Positions 9,775 through 18,970 of a DNA stretch of 64,000 nt are shown in pieces. The number at the start of each line of letters is the position of its first letter. The first letter of the stretch is position 1. The notes beneath the pieces are model-generated. The model did no database searches. It was given only the letters and a program-made list of their open reading frames with translations, and was not told the origin of the DNA. Source of the DNA: an uncultured Planctomycetia bacterium (GTDB lineage Bacteria > Omnitrophota > Gorgyraeia > 2-02-FULL-51-18 > JAGOUK01); contig CAYSFB010000004.1 of assembly GCA_964430735.1 (NCBI GenBank), positions 168,040-232,039 of the forward strand, read 5' to 3'. The translations under genes and the position numbers were made by a program.

Positions 9775-10160
9775 AGGAATGCGGCGTCGCGGTGATCCGC
9801 GACGGAGCGGGTCGGGTCCTGATCTCGCGCCGCAGGGACGACGACAGCTTCGGCGGATACTGGGAGTTTCCGGGCGGCGGGCTCGAAGAGGGGGAGACGC
9901 TCGAGGCCTGCGCGGTCCGGGAAGTCCTCGAAGAGCTCGGTGTCACCGTGGCGGCCGAGCGTCTGATGCGCGTGATCACAAACCCGTATCCGGGTAAAGA
10001 GTTGAAGCTGACGTTTTTTCTGTGCCGGCATGTGGCCGGAGAGCCCCAGGCGATCGAATGCGCGGAGGCCCGTTGGGTCGACCCGCGCGAATTGAACCGT
10101 TACCAATTTCCTCCAGCCAACCAGGCGGTCATCGATGAGCTTATTGCCCTCAGTATTTAA
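9771..10160 (+). CDS. NUDIX hydrolase (MutT/8-oxo-dGTP diphosphatase family)
   Basis: Nudix box GGYWEFPGGGLEEGETLEACAVREVLEELGV. TTG start overlaps the batE stop. Confidence 0.8.
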   Translation: MKECGVAVIRDGAGRVLISRRRDDDSFGGYWEFPGGGLEEGETLEACAVREVLEELGVTVAAERLMRVITNPYPGKELKLTFFLCRHVAGEPQAIECAEARWVDPRELNRYQFPPANQAVIDELIALSI

Positions 10161-11019
10161 TCTGCCGTTCGTCAAAGAGTCCGCGCTTTATCTGTCGTCC
10201 CGTACGACCCACTTGCGCCGCGGACCTTCCGACACGCTGGCGCGTCTGCTGCGATACCCCAAACTCCCGGGCAGCATTCCCTGGGCGCGGAACACCGTCG
10301 CGCTGGCCGATTCCAAGATCGCCCTGGTGACGACCGCCGGTTTTTATGCCAAGGGGCAGCCGCCGTTTCTTGAGGGAAGCCCGGCGGGCGACTGGACCTT
10401 TCGCGTCATTCATAAGGACATGGCGCTTTCGAAGCTCATTCTGTCGCATCATACCGTCGACCGCCGGCCGGCGTTGCTGGATCCCAACGTGCTGCTGCCG
10501 CTCGACCGCCTGGCCGACCTCAAGGCACAGGGCGCGATCGGATCGATCGCGAACAATCACTACAGCTTTTACAGCTTCACGGCGAGGCCGAACCGGCTCG
10601 TCGACGGCTCCGCCAAAGACGCGGCCCGCCGCATCCGCTATGAAGGCGTCGACAAGGTTCTTATTCTCACATCGTCCATCCTGAGTCAGGAAATCGCGTT
10701 CCTGGTTCAGCGCGCGATCGAGGACGAGGGGGTTCCAACCGTTTCTCTGGCGTACACGCAACAGGCGCTGGAGTCCTTCCGGCCTCCGCGGGCCTGCTTC
10801 ATGGGGAAGGGGTCCTTTTTCCGCCAGGAGGAATACCTTGAGCCCGACGTCCAGATGAATCTCATCCGCTTCATGCTCGCCCAGTTCGAAGAAATGACCG
10901 AGCCGGGTTCGGTCAAAAAAGTCGTTTTTACGCTCCCTCCGAGTGAGCGTCCCCGGTCCTCCGCGCCGACACCCAGCCGGTCCAAACCGGACTCATCCGG
11001 CAAGGATCTCTTCGAATGA
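10135..11019 (+). CDS. Hypothetical protein (possibly GrdB/PrdB-like reductase-family fold; speculative)
   Basis: 294-aa ORF whose start and end overlap the neighbouring genes. No firm motif was recognised. Confidence 0.4.
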   Translation: MSLLPSVFNLPFVKESALYLSSRTTHLRRGPSDTLARLLRYPKLPGSIPWARNTVALADSKIALVTTAGFYAKGQPPFLEGSPAGDWTFRVIHKDMALSKLILSHHTVDRRPALLDPNVLLPLDRLADLKAQGAIGSIANNHYSFYSFTARPNRLVDGSAKDAARRIRYEGVDKVLILTSSILSQEIAFLVQRAIEDEGVPTVSLAYTQQALESFRPPRACFMGKGSFFRQEEYLEPDVQMNLIRFMLAQFEEMTEPGSVKKVVFTLPPSERPRSSAPTPSRSKPDSSGKDLFE

Positions 11020-12944
11020 AACACGGCTTCGGTCCGGCAGCCCTGATCCTGGCGTTGTCCGGAATCACGGGTTTTGCCGTGATGGCCGCGCCACCCGCTT
11101 CCGCAGACTCGGAGCCGCTCGTCGTCGTCATGTCCGGCGACACGCCGCCGTACCACTCGGTCAACGCTCGCGGCGAACTCAAGGGACTGGATATCGACGT
11201 AGCGCGCGCCGTAGGCGCCCAGCTCAAACGCGCCGCCGTTTTCAAGATTCTCACCGCTTCGGAAGTCGCGGAGGCCATCGCGAACGGCTCCGCCGACGTG
11301 GCTGTCGGCGTGATCGAACGCCCTTCGCTCCACAAGACTTACGCGTTGTCGCGGCCTTACCTGAACCAGCGCGCCCGTCTCTTCATTCATGAAAAAACGA
11401 GCGTCGTGCGGGAGTTGGCGGATTTGAACCATCTCCGGGTGGGTATTCGGGAAGGTGTCGACGTGGGCGAGTACCTGCGCCTGATCCACCCTGCGAACCG
11501 GATTGACGAGCCGTCCGCCGAGATCGGGCTCAAGAACCTCATGAACGGCACCACGGATGTCTTTATCGGCGACGAATACGAGTGCAGCGCCGTCATTCAG
11601 AAGCAGCAGCTCAAGGAAGTGACGTCGGTCGGAGACCCGGTTTTGTTGCGCCGGCGTGTCTTCGCCGTTCGTTCCGACCACCGGGGTCTGGCCGACCAGA
11701 TCTCGCAGGCGCTGGAAAACCTCCAGCGCGATTACCGTCTCCAGGAAATCCAGGATCAGTGGCTTGCCAACCGCGTCGGCTGGATGGGGGGTAACCGGAC
11801 CGCGATGACGGTCTTCCTGATCGTGATCGCGCTCATGACCCTGGTTCTGCTCGGGAGCGTTTTGTGGAACCACCGCCTCACGGAAGCCGTCGAAGACCGG
11901 ACCCGCGAAATGGAACTCGAACACGAGCATTTTCAGAACATCTTCGATCATGCGTCGGACGGCATCGTCGTCATCGACCCCGAGACGCTCAAGGCGGCCG
12001 AAGCGAACCGCACTTTTCTCGAATTGCTCGGCTATGCCCAGGACGATCTGAAGCTCGTCAAATTGTCCGATCTCGACGCATCGGCGGACCGGAGCTTCGC
12101 CGAGCACATTCGACGGGCGTACAGCTCCGGCGAAAACGTTCTCTTTGAGGTCCGGCTCGTGAACCGCTCGCGCGAACCCATCGACTTTTTTATTCACGCG
12201 CGCGTGCTTCCGTACCGCGGCAAGCAAATGGTCGTCGCGATTGCCCGCGACATCACGCACCGCAAGAAGCTCGAGGCCATGAAGGACACCATTCTTCAGG
12301 ACGTCGCGCACGAGCTCAAGACACCGATGGCCAAACTGTCGGCTTCCCTCGAGATTCTCGAGCAGAAGCTTCCGTCCGACACGCGCGTGCTCACGGCGCC
12401 CCAGCTCGACGTCTGCCGCCGCGCCGTGGGTCGGCTGCACCACACGGTGGAGGGTATCCTGAGTTTGTCGCGTCTGGAGTCTCACGCGGTCCACGTGGTG
12501 ATGGGGGAGGTTGCTTTGCGGGAGGTGGTGGAAGGAGTGGTCGCGGAACTCAAGGATCTGGCCGATCGTAAAAAAATCGGACTTCAGGTCGCCGCCGCAT
12601 CCGGTCCGCTGACCGTCCGAGGCGACCGCGAAATGCTGCGACGCCTTTTCGTAAATCTGATCCAGAACGCCATCAAATTCACTGATACGGGCGCGGTTAC
12701 GGTGTCCCTGCATTCGGACGGCGAATTTATCAAGGTCGGCGTGACGGACACCGGCATCGGCCTGGACGCGACGGACCTCACGAAGATCTTCAGCCGCTTT
12801 TTCCAGAAGTCCGCCGCCATCGAGGGCAGCGGCATCGGCCTTACGATCGCCCAGAAGATCGTCGCCTTTCACAACGGCGTGATCTGGGCTGAGAGCGAAG
12901 GCCTGGGCAGGGGGACGCAGATGTATGTGCTCCTGCCCCAATGA
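11016..12944 (+). CDS. Sensor histidine kinase with a periplasmic solute-binding (SBP_bac_3-like) sensor, TM, PAS, HisKA and HATPase_c domains
   Basis: H-box DVAHELKTPMAKL; G2 box GIGLTIAQKIVAFHNG; N-terminal signal peptide plus an amino-acid-binding-like domain. Confidence 0.85.
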   Translation: MKHGFGPAALILALSGITGFAVMAAPPASADSEPLVVVMSGDTPPYHSVNARGELKGLDIDVARAVGAQLKRAAVFKILTASEVAEAIANGSADVAVGVIERPSLHKTYALSRPYLNQRARLFIHEKTSVVRELADLNHLRVGIREGVDVGEYLRLIHPANRIDEPSAEIGLKNLMNGTTDVFIGDEYECSAVIQKQQLKEVTSVGDPVLLRRRVFAVRSDHRGLADQISQALENLQRDYRLQEIQDQWLANRVGWMGGNRTAMTVFLIVIALMTLVLLGSVLWNHRLTEAVEDRTREMELEHEHFQNIFDHASDGIVVIDPETLKAAEANRTFLELLGYAQDDLKLVKLSDLDASADRSFAEHIRRAYSSGENVLFEVRLVNRSREPIDFFIHARVLPYRGKQMVVAIARDITHRKKLEAMKDTILQDVAHELKTPMAKLSASLEILEQKLPSDTRVLTAPQLDVCRRAVGRLHHTVEGILSLSRLESHAVHVVMGEVALREVVEGVVAELKDLADRKKIGLQVAAASGPLTVRGDREMLRRLFVNLIQNAIKFTDTGAVTVSLHSDGEFIKVGVTDTGIGLDATDLTKIFSRFFQKSAAIEGSGIGLTIAQKIVAFHNGVIWAESEGLGRGTQMYVLLPQ

Positions 12945-12973
12945 TACAATGAACCCCTGATGAGGACCCTCGC

Positions 12974-13468
12974 ATGAGCTCCACCACTTCCGCCCGCCAC
13001 CGTGTTGACTGGGATGAGTATTTTATGAACATCGCCCGCGAGGTGTCGACCCGATCGACCTGTGACCGCAAATTCGTCGGCGCCGTGATCGTCCGGGACA
13101 AAACGATCCTGTCGACCGGTTACAACGGCTCCATCCGCAAGATGCCGCATTGCTCGGAAGTCGGGCATCTGATGGACCACGGCCACTGTGTCGCGACCAT
13201 CCACGCCGAGGCCAACGCGATCATCCAATCCGCCAAGAACGGTGTCCGGATCGACGGCGCGACGATTTACACGACCGCGTCTCCCTGCTGGAACTGTTTC
13301 AAGCTGATCGCCAATGCCGGCATTCACCGGATCTGTTACGGCGAGTTTTACCGCGATGAGCGCGTGTTTCCGATCGCCAAACGCCTCAAGATTGAGCTGG
13401 TTCCGCTCGACGACGCACTTGTCAAAAAACCGTCCGCGCCCGGAAAGAAGGCGGTCCGCCGTGGCTGA
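12974..13468 (+). CDS. dCMP deaminase (ComEB/cytidine-deoxycytidylate deaminase family)
   Basis: Zinc-binding motifs HAEANAI and SPCWNC. Confidence 0.85.
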   Translation: MSSTTSARHRVDWDEYFMNIAREVSTRSTCDRKFVGAVIVRDKTILSTGYNGSIRKMPHCSEVGHLMDHGHCVATIHAEANAIIQSAKNGVRIDGATIYTTASPCWNCFKLIANAGIHRICYGEFYRDERVFPIAKRLKIELVPLDDALVKKPSAPGKKAVRRG

Positions 13469-14111
13469 TTCCGGTCTCCTGGTACGCCAGTACGAAATCG
13501 GCATGATGGAGAATTTTGTCTATTTCATCGGCGATGCCGCGACGCGTGAAGTCCTGGTCGTGGACCCGGCCTGGGAGGTCGACACCATTCTCAAGCATGC
13601 GGCCGCCGAAGACCTTAAAATTACCGGCGCTCTCATCACGCACCATCATTACGACCACACCAACGGCATTCCGGATCTCCTGCAATCGAGGGACATCCCG
13701 GTCTACATCCACAAAAAAGACATTCCATATCTGGAGCCGGACATTCCGCGCGGAGGGCTCAAGGCGACCGAGGGCGGGGAGCGGATCAAGGTTGGCGGCA
13801 TCGAAGTGACACTGGTGCACACGCCGGGCCACACGCCCGGATCCCAGTGCTTCCATGTCCACGACCACCTGGTTTCGGGAGACACGTTGTTCATCGGCGC
13901 TTGCGGCCGGTGCGATTTTGAGGGCGGCAGTCCCGAAGAAATGTACAAGAGTCTTCATCACCGTCTGGGCAAGCTGCCCGGCCAGACCCTGCTTCTGCCT
14001 GGACACAACTACGCCGACCGTCCCACGTCGACGCTCGATCGGGAGCGCCAGACCAACCCCTATCTTTTGGTGGATTCGCTCGAGAATTTTTTGCGCTTCC
14101 GGATGCGGTAG
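13461..14111 (+). CDS. MBL-fold metallo-hydrolase (hydroxyacylglutathione hydrolase-like)
   Basis: THHHYDHTNG metallo-beta-lactamase motif. A GTG at 13461 overlaps the deaminase stop; the alternative start is ATG 13503. Confidence 0.75.
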   Translation: MADSGLLVRQYEIGMMENFVYFIGDAATREVLVVDPAWEVDTILKHAAAEDLKITGALITHHHYDHTNGIPDLLQSRDIPVYIHKKDIPYLEPDIPRGGLKATEGGERIKVGGIEVTLVHTPGHTPGSQCFHVHDHLVSGDTLFIGACGRCDFEGGSPEEMYKSLHHRLGKLPGQTLLLPGHNYADRPTSTLDRERQTNPYLLVDSLENFLRFRMR

Positions 14112-14128
14112 CGGTTGTTCAAAAATTA

Positions 14129-14203
14129 CGGGGTGTAGCTCAGCTTGGCTAGAGCGCTTGCTTTGGGAGCAAGAAGTCACAGGTTCAAATCCTGTCACCC
14201 CGA
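14129..14203 (+). tRNA. tRNA-Pro (anticodon TGG)
   Basis: Cloverleaf folded by hand: acceptor CGGGGTG/CACCCCG, anticodon loop TTTGGGA, T-loop TTCAAAT. CCA is not encoded. Confidence 0.9.
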
Positions 14204-14219
14204 CTTTTGGACATCGGAT

Positions 14220-14247
14220 TTGAATTTTGGCCCGAAAAGAATAGAAT
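14220..14247 (+). promoter_or_regulatory. sigma70-like promoter (TTGAAT-16-TAGAAT) for the small lipoprotein gene
   Basis: Hexamers read directly; they lie ~60 nt upstream of ATG 14309. Confidence 0.45.
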
Positions 14248-14308
14248 ATCTCCCCATGTACGCCTTCGGGGCGTGCCAACCCATGAACCTCATTTATAAG
14301 GAAACTCA

Positions 14309-14455
14309 ATGAAAAAGTCAGCCCTTCTCGTTCTCGCCGTCTTCATCGCCACCCTGTCCGCTTCCGGCTGCGCCAAGAAGACCGCCACTGAGCAGCTCAA
14401 GGACGATATGAACAAGGCCGCCAGCCAGATGAAGAAGGAAGTGAACAGCCTCTAA
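14309..14455 (+). CDS. Small (48 aa) putative lipoprotein, below the ORF-track length cutoff
   Basis: Translates as MKKSALLVLAVFIATLSASGCAKK... Signal peptide with lipobox-like ASGC, an RBS AAGGAAA and its own promoter. Confidence 0.55.
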   Translation: MKKSALLVLAVFIATLSASGCAKKTATEQLKDDMNKAASQMKKEVNSL

Positions 14456-14469
14456 ACGGGCGCGTTCCG

Positions 14470-15108
14470 ATGTTGTTCAAAAGCCGTCGGCCGTCAGGTC
14501 GGCGGCTTTTGCTTTTTGGACTGTTGATGACGGCGATGGCCGGGGGAGTTCAGGCGATGGGGAAAGAGCAGACGGGCACGCAGGAAGCGATGTTCGGGGC
14601 GGGATGCTTCTGGGGCGTCGAAAAAATTCTCGAAAAAATTCCAGGTGTCCTCGAGACGCGCGTGGGTTACGCCGGGGGAAGGGTGCCCAATCCGGATTAC
14701 GAGGCGGTCTGCACCGGCCGCACGGGGCACGCAGAAGTCGTCCATCTGCGCTTCGATCCCGCGAAGGTGAGTTACGTGCAGCTGCTTGAGGTTTTTTGGA
14801 AGTATCACGACCCGACGACGGTGAACCGTCAGGGCCCCGACGTGGGCAGCCAGTACCGTTCGATTATTTTTACTTATTCGGCCGAACAGGACCGGCTGGC
14901 GCGCGCGGCCGTAAAAGTGTTGGACCGTGCCGGCATCTATTCTGCACCGATCGTGACCGAGATCGTCCCGTCAGCCCCGTTTTACCCGGCGGAAGAGTAC
15001 CATCAGAAATATCTGCAGAAAAACCCCGGCGGGTATTGTTCTCACTTTTTGCGAGTGCCGAACCTGGGTGCGATCCTGCGAGACGGGCTCGCCGCGGAGA
15101 CCGCTTAA
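14470..15108 (+). CDS. msrA: Peptide methionine sulfoxide reductase MsrA (secreted/periplasmic form)
   Basis: GAGCFWGVE active-site motif with an N-terminal signal peptide. Confidence 0.9.
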   Translation: MLFKSRRPSGRRLLLFGLLMTAMAGGVQAMGKEQTGTQEAMFGAGCFWGVEKILEKIPGVLETRVGYAGGRVPNPDYEAVCTGRTGHAEVVHLRFDPAKVSYVQLLEVFWKYHDPTTVNRQGPDVGSQYRSIIFTYSAEQDRLARAAVKVLDRAGIYSAPIVTEIVPSAPFYPAEEYHQKYLQKNPGGYCSHFLRVPNLGAILRDGLAAETA

Positions 15109-15452
15109 GCCTGCCGCATCCGGATCTGAGCGGAACGAATCAGATGATGTTCCGGCCATTCCAGGATCTGACGGATGCGCAGGGCGGCCCACTCGAGGGC
15201 TTCCGACAGCTGCAGCCGGGGTTCCATGCGAAAAAACCTCACGGCATCCGCGATGTCTTCGCTGCCGGCTTCCGTGTAATAAAACTTGCTTCCGACGCGG
15301 TTCAGCAGCCGGCCGTCCCCGCAGAGATAAAAAGCGTTTCCGCTGGAATTCCGGTACATCAGCGCGAGACTGCGCTTCGGCATGCAGGACAGAAGCGAAA
15401 CGCACATATCCGTGAAGCGTTCTTCGGACGTGACGGCGTGGGCGTGGATCAT
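15105..15452 (-). CDS. Hypothetical protein (115 aa; possibly YjbR/MmcQ-like, weak)
   Basis: Strong SD (AAAGGAGG) 8 nt upstream of ATG 15452; convergent 4-nt overlap with msrA. The longer track ORF is probably over-extended at its 5' end. Confidence 0.4.
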   Translation of the reverse strand: MIHAHAVTSEERFTDMCVSLLSCMPKRSLALMYRNSSGNAFYLCGDGRLLNRVGSKFYYTEAGSEDIADAVRFFRMEPRLQLSEALEWAALRIRQILEWPEHHLIRSAQIRMRQA

Positions 15453-15646
15453 TCGCTGGCCTCCTTTGTTTTTAAACTCAGGAAGAGCATACCTGCCGGA
15501 GATTACGCGCATGTTTCCTGCGTGTTAGTTCTGTGTACAGAAAAACTCTTTTGCGGAGCTAAACCGGATTTGATTTTTCGCGTCCAAAGAGTAGAATGCC
15601 TCAATCCATTTTGACCGTCGGTTTTGACCACTCAACGAAGGAGTTA

Positions 15647-16219
15647 ATGATGAAAAAAGTTAGCATGCTGCTCGCCCTGATGGTGCTCGTCGCGTCGGTC
15701 CCGGCATTCGCCGCCAACGAGAAAAACGAAAAAAAGCGGGGATGGTTCGGACAGGCCCGTCAGGAGCGCAAGGAATTCAAGCAGGAAAAGAAGCAGGAGA
15801 ATCAGGCGCTTCGCAAAGACCTCAAGGATCTTCCGAAGGAAGAGCGTCTGGCCGCACTGCAGGCTCAGCGCCGCGAGCAGTTTGCCCAAGGCAAGACCAT
15901 GATTCAGCAGCAGCATGATCTCAGGATGAAGGAACTCGACGCCAAGTTGGCCGCCAACCCCAAGCTGACGGCGGAGCAGAAGTCGACGATCAAGGCGCAA
16001 ATCGAAAAGCAGCACCAGGAGAACATGGCGTTCCGTCAGGCGCAGTTCGACAAAACGCAGGCCTACGTCGCCCAAATCGCCTCCGACCCGAATATGACGG
16101 ATGCCCAGCGCCGCGCGGCGATCGAGTCCTACCGCAAAGCCCAGATTGAAGCGGCCAAGAGCCACGTTCAGGCGCAGCGGTCAGAAAACAAGGAACTGCG
16201 CGGATCGCTCAAGTCGTAG
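15647..16219 (+). CDS. Periplasmic LTxxQ-motif protein (Spy/CpxP family-like)
   Basis: Signal peptide; LTAEQ and MTDAQ motifs; Lys/Gln-rich helical sequence. SD AAGGAG precedes ATG 15647. Confidence 0.5.
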   Translation: MMKKVSMLLALMVLVASVPAFAANEKNEKKRGWFGQARQERKEFKQEKKQENQALRKDLKDLPKEERLAALQAQRREQFAQGKTMIQQQHDLRMKELDAKLAANPKLTAEQKSTIKAQIEKQHQENMAFRQAQFDKTQAYVAQIASDPNMTDAQRRAAIESYRKAQIEAAKSHVQAQRSENKELRGSLKS

Positions 16220-16240
16220 TTCCACGCGGTCCGAATTTAA

Positions 16241-16275
16241 AAACCCGGGAGTGATCCCGGGTTTTTTTATTTTTC
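16241..16275 (+). terminator. Rho-independent terminator (CCCGGGA-GTGA-TCCCGGG followed by a T7 run)
   Basis: Hairpin plus U-tract read directly, flanked by an A-run so it could act bidirectionally. Confidence 0.65.
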
Positions 16276-16306
16276 CAGGCGTTATCGAGTAAAATAGTGC
16301 CCAGTT

Positions 16307-16383
<77 letters not shown>

Positions 16384-16415
16384 TTTCACGCCTTCACACC
16401 CATACCGGTCACACC

Positions 16416-16877
16416 TTGCCAAATTTCAACACGCTTCATCGGCCCCTTATTTTTTTACTGGCCGCCGCCGTGATTCTCAACGTGCTCTTGCTGTGGGCGG
16501 ACTCCCGGACCATGCCCGCGGACCGCGCGGCGCGGGTGATCGCGGCGGAAGCCGCGGACGAGGGCTTTGGGGCGATGACGGCTGTCGGGGAGGTGATCCG
16601 GGCGCGGCGCGGCTTTAAAGGATTTTCGGTGATGACCAAAGACCTGGACGCTTTTTACCTTGCCCAGCCCCGGTCGATCCGGCTTCAGGCCAGGGCGGCC
16701 TGGACGTTGTCGCGCCTGAGGTTTTTTTCGGGCGGAGCGACGCATTTTGAAAACGTCGTCCGGTTCGGCCGGCCGAGCTGGTCCGTGGGCATGACGCTGA
16801 CGGCCCGGTGGGGAGGATTAGAGTTTTATAGAAAAAGCAAATCTTGGGACGTTTTATTAGGAAAAATTAAAATTTGA
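16416..16877 (+). CDS. Putative cell-wall hydrolase (SleB/Hydrolase_2-like, weak) with an N-terminal TM/signal
   Basis: ARVIAAEAADEGFGAMTAVGEVIRAR resembles the Hydrolase_2 N-terminal motif; TTG start. Confidence 0.35.
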   Translation: MPNFNTLHRPLIFLLAAAVILNVLLLWADSRTMPADRAARVIAAEAADEGFGAMTAVGEVIRARRGFKGFSVMTKDLDAFYLAQPRSIRLQARAAWTLSRLRFFSGGATHFENVVRFGRPSWSVGMTLTARWGGLEFYRKSKSWDVLLGKIKI

Positions 16878-16886
16878 CAGGAATAC

Positions 16887-16914
16887 TTGATAATTAATCA
16901 TCTCCCCGTATACT
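16887..16914 (+). promoter_or_regulatory. sigma70-like promoter TTGATA-16-TATACT; the -10 ends 9 nt before ATG 16924 (likely leaderless)
   Basis: Read directly from the sequence. Confidence 0.45.
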
Positions 16915-16923
16915 CTCGGGTAG

Positions 16924-17193
16924 ATGAAGATCACACCGCTCAAACTCATCTCTCTGTCGATTGTGGCCGCAGCGTCGCTGTTCGCCGCGCTTCCGGCCTG
17001 CGCCGGTTACGGTTACGGCGAGGACGAGAGCCGCGCACCGCGCGGAAATTCCAACGGTTTTTGGAATCACGGAGCCAGCGCCCACTACGCGACTTCGGCC
17101 GAGATCTCTCAAGCCCTTTACGGCACCCCGCAAGAGCCGTATGATAATCCCGCGGAACACGAGAGCGCGCCTGAAGTGACCAAAGCCGGCTGA
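16924..17193 (+). CDS. Small secreted protein or lipoprotein (89 aa), hypothetical
   Basis: Signal peptide ending in LPACAG; no SD; promoter abuts the start. Confidence 0.5.
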   Translation: MKITPLKLISLSIVAAASLFAALPACAGYGYGEDESRAPRGNSNGFWNHGASAHYATSAEISQALYGTPQEPYDNPAEHESAPEVTKAG

Positions 17194-17237
17194 CCGGCAT
17201 CGGTCCATCCCGTTCCTCGCTCTTCGATCCGCCATTC

Positions 17238-18920
17238 ATGAAAAAAATCCTCCCCGTCTTTTTCGCGATTCTGATTTTTTCGGCCGTCATCGCGGCTGGG
17301 GCCGCCGGCTTCTGGCTGCTGCGGCCCGAAACTCACCGGGCCGGATTCGAACGCGCGTTGTCCGGGGCTTTTAAGGCCGAAGCCCGAATCGGCCGGATGG
17401 TGTGGGTGTGGTCCAAGGGTTCTCCCGGCATCGAGCTCCGCTCGCTCGCGTTGCGCCCGTCGGCTTCCGCCGAAGATTTTGCCGCCTTCACCGCTTCGAA
17501 GATCCGTTTGATTCTGGATGCGCCCGCCCTATTGCGCAAAGCCCTCAAGGTTCAGTCGATCCGGATCGATCAGCCGCAACTCGAACTGCTGCGCACACCG
17601 GAGGGTCTGACGGCCGGCGGCGTCGATTGGAATGCGGTCCGCTGGAATGCTTCATCCGACTTGAGCCAATTCAAATGGAGTGTCGACCAAATCGTCATTG
17701 CGGGCGGAAGCCTGGGGTACGAGGACAGAACGGCCAAAAATGTCCGCCGGATCGACCTCAAGAGCATCGAATTCCGGACCCGCCCCCCGAAGCCGGATGC
17801 GCCGCTCGCTTTTGAAGGCCGCGCCGGATTCCTGACACCCATGCCCAACGCTTCTTTTGAAGGAAGTTTCCGCCAGGACGCTGACGGCAAGGGGTGGACC
17901 GCCGCGCTCACGCGAATCCGGCTCGGGTTCGAAAAAATTCCAGTCCGCGCGATCGAGCGGGCCTTTCCCGAAGCGGCCGGTCTCGGATTGCGCGGCCAGC
18001 CCGCCGGCGCGCTTTCGGGCTCCATCGAACGCGTCCGTCACACCGGCAGACAGCTCAGGGAGCTGACGGGCAACCTGCAGATCGAAGGAGCCAAGCTCAT
18101 GGTCCGCGCGTTCAAGAGTCCGATTCAGGACCTGAACGCGGCCGTGCACTTCGACCGGGACACGATCGTGCTCTCGCTCCTGGACGGACGGATCGCGGGC
18201 GGAGAATTCGTCGGCCGCGGAGAAGTGAAGAATCTCGACAAGCCCGATCCCGATGCCGGCTTCGAGTTCCGGGCCGAGCGCTTGAATCTTTCTGCCTTGT
18301 TCCCGCGGCCCACGGACGGCCGGCCTCAGTTGACGGGCCGCGCGTCGTTTGAGGTGGCCGGCCATGTCCAGGGGCGCACGTCCGCCGAATGGCTCGCGAG
18401 CCTGAAAGGCGAGGGGAGCGTCGCGATCGCGGACGGCATTCTCGTCAACGCGAACATCCTGAGGCAGATCTTCGACAAGCTCGCCGCGTCGCTTCCCGGC
18501 GCGCAAGATGCATTTGCGCGGACGATGCCTCCGGATTTGAACGCGCGTCTCGCCGCCTCCGACACGGCCTTTGCGCCGGCTCAAATTCCATTCTTCATCG
18601 GAAACGGAGGAGTTGTTTTTCCCAATTTCCGGATCGCCGGCGACGGCTTCGAGATCGCAGGATCCGGACAGCAGGGATTTGCCGGGGACATCGATTTCCG
18701 CACGACGCTGATCCTCGATGCGCAGGTGTCGGCATACGTGATTTCCTGCGCTCCCGATGCGGCCGCGATCGCGGACGCCTACGGACGTCTTTCGCTTCCG
18801 GTTCGCCTCACCGGAACTGTCCGGAACGTGAAGATCCAACCCGACACACAGTACCTGATCCAGCGGATTCTTTCGGTCAAGGGACCTCAGTATCTAATGA
18901 AGGCATTGCAGGGAAAATGA
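17238..18920 (+). CDS. AsmA family outer-membrane biogenesis protein
   Basis: N-terminal TM anchor and AsmA-like length and composition. Confidence 0.65.
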   Translation: MKKILPVFFAILIFSAVIAAGAAGFWLLRPETHRAGFERALSGAFKAEARIGRMVWVWSKGSPGIELRSLALRPSASAEDFAAFTASKIRLILDAPALLRKALKVQSIRIDQPQLELLRTPEGLTAGGVDWNAVRWNASSDLSQFKWSVDQIVIAGGSLGYEDRTAKNVRRIDLKSIEFRTRPPKPDAPLAFEGRAGFLTPMPNASFEGSFRQDADGKGWTAALTRIRLGFEKIPVRAIERAFPEAAGLGLRGQPAGALSGSIERVRHTGRQLRELTGNLQIEGAKLMVRAFKSPIQDLNAAVHFDRDTIVLSLLDGRIAGGEFVGRGEVKNLDKPDPDAGFEFRAERLNLSALFPRPTDGRPQLTGRASFEVAGHVQGRTSAEWLASLKGEGSVAIADGILVNANILRQIFDKLAASLPGAQDAFARTMPPDLNARLAASDTAFAPAQIPFFIGNGGVVFPNFRIAGDGFEIAGSGQQGFAGDIDFRTTLILDAQVSAYVISCAPDAAAIADAYGRLSLPVRLTGTVRNVKIQPDTQYLIQRILSVKGPQYLMKALQGK

Positions 18921-18970
18921 TAACGTTGATAAAAAATGGTGACCGAACGGTCGAATTGATATAATCGCTC

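Noticed and set aside
10707-12941. 744-aa minus-strand ORF antisense to the sensor histidine kinase
   Set aside because: The sense strand has H-box and G-box kinase motifs. The antisense product has no domains and a biased Arg/Gly/Val composition typical of GC-rich antisense frames.
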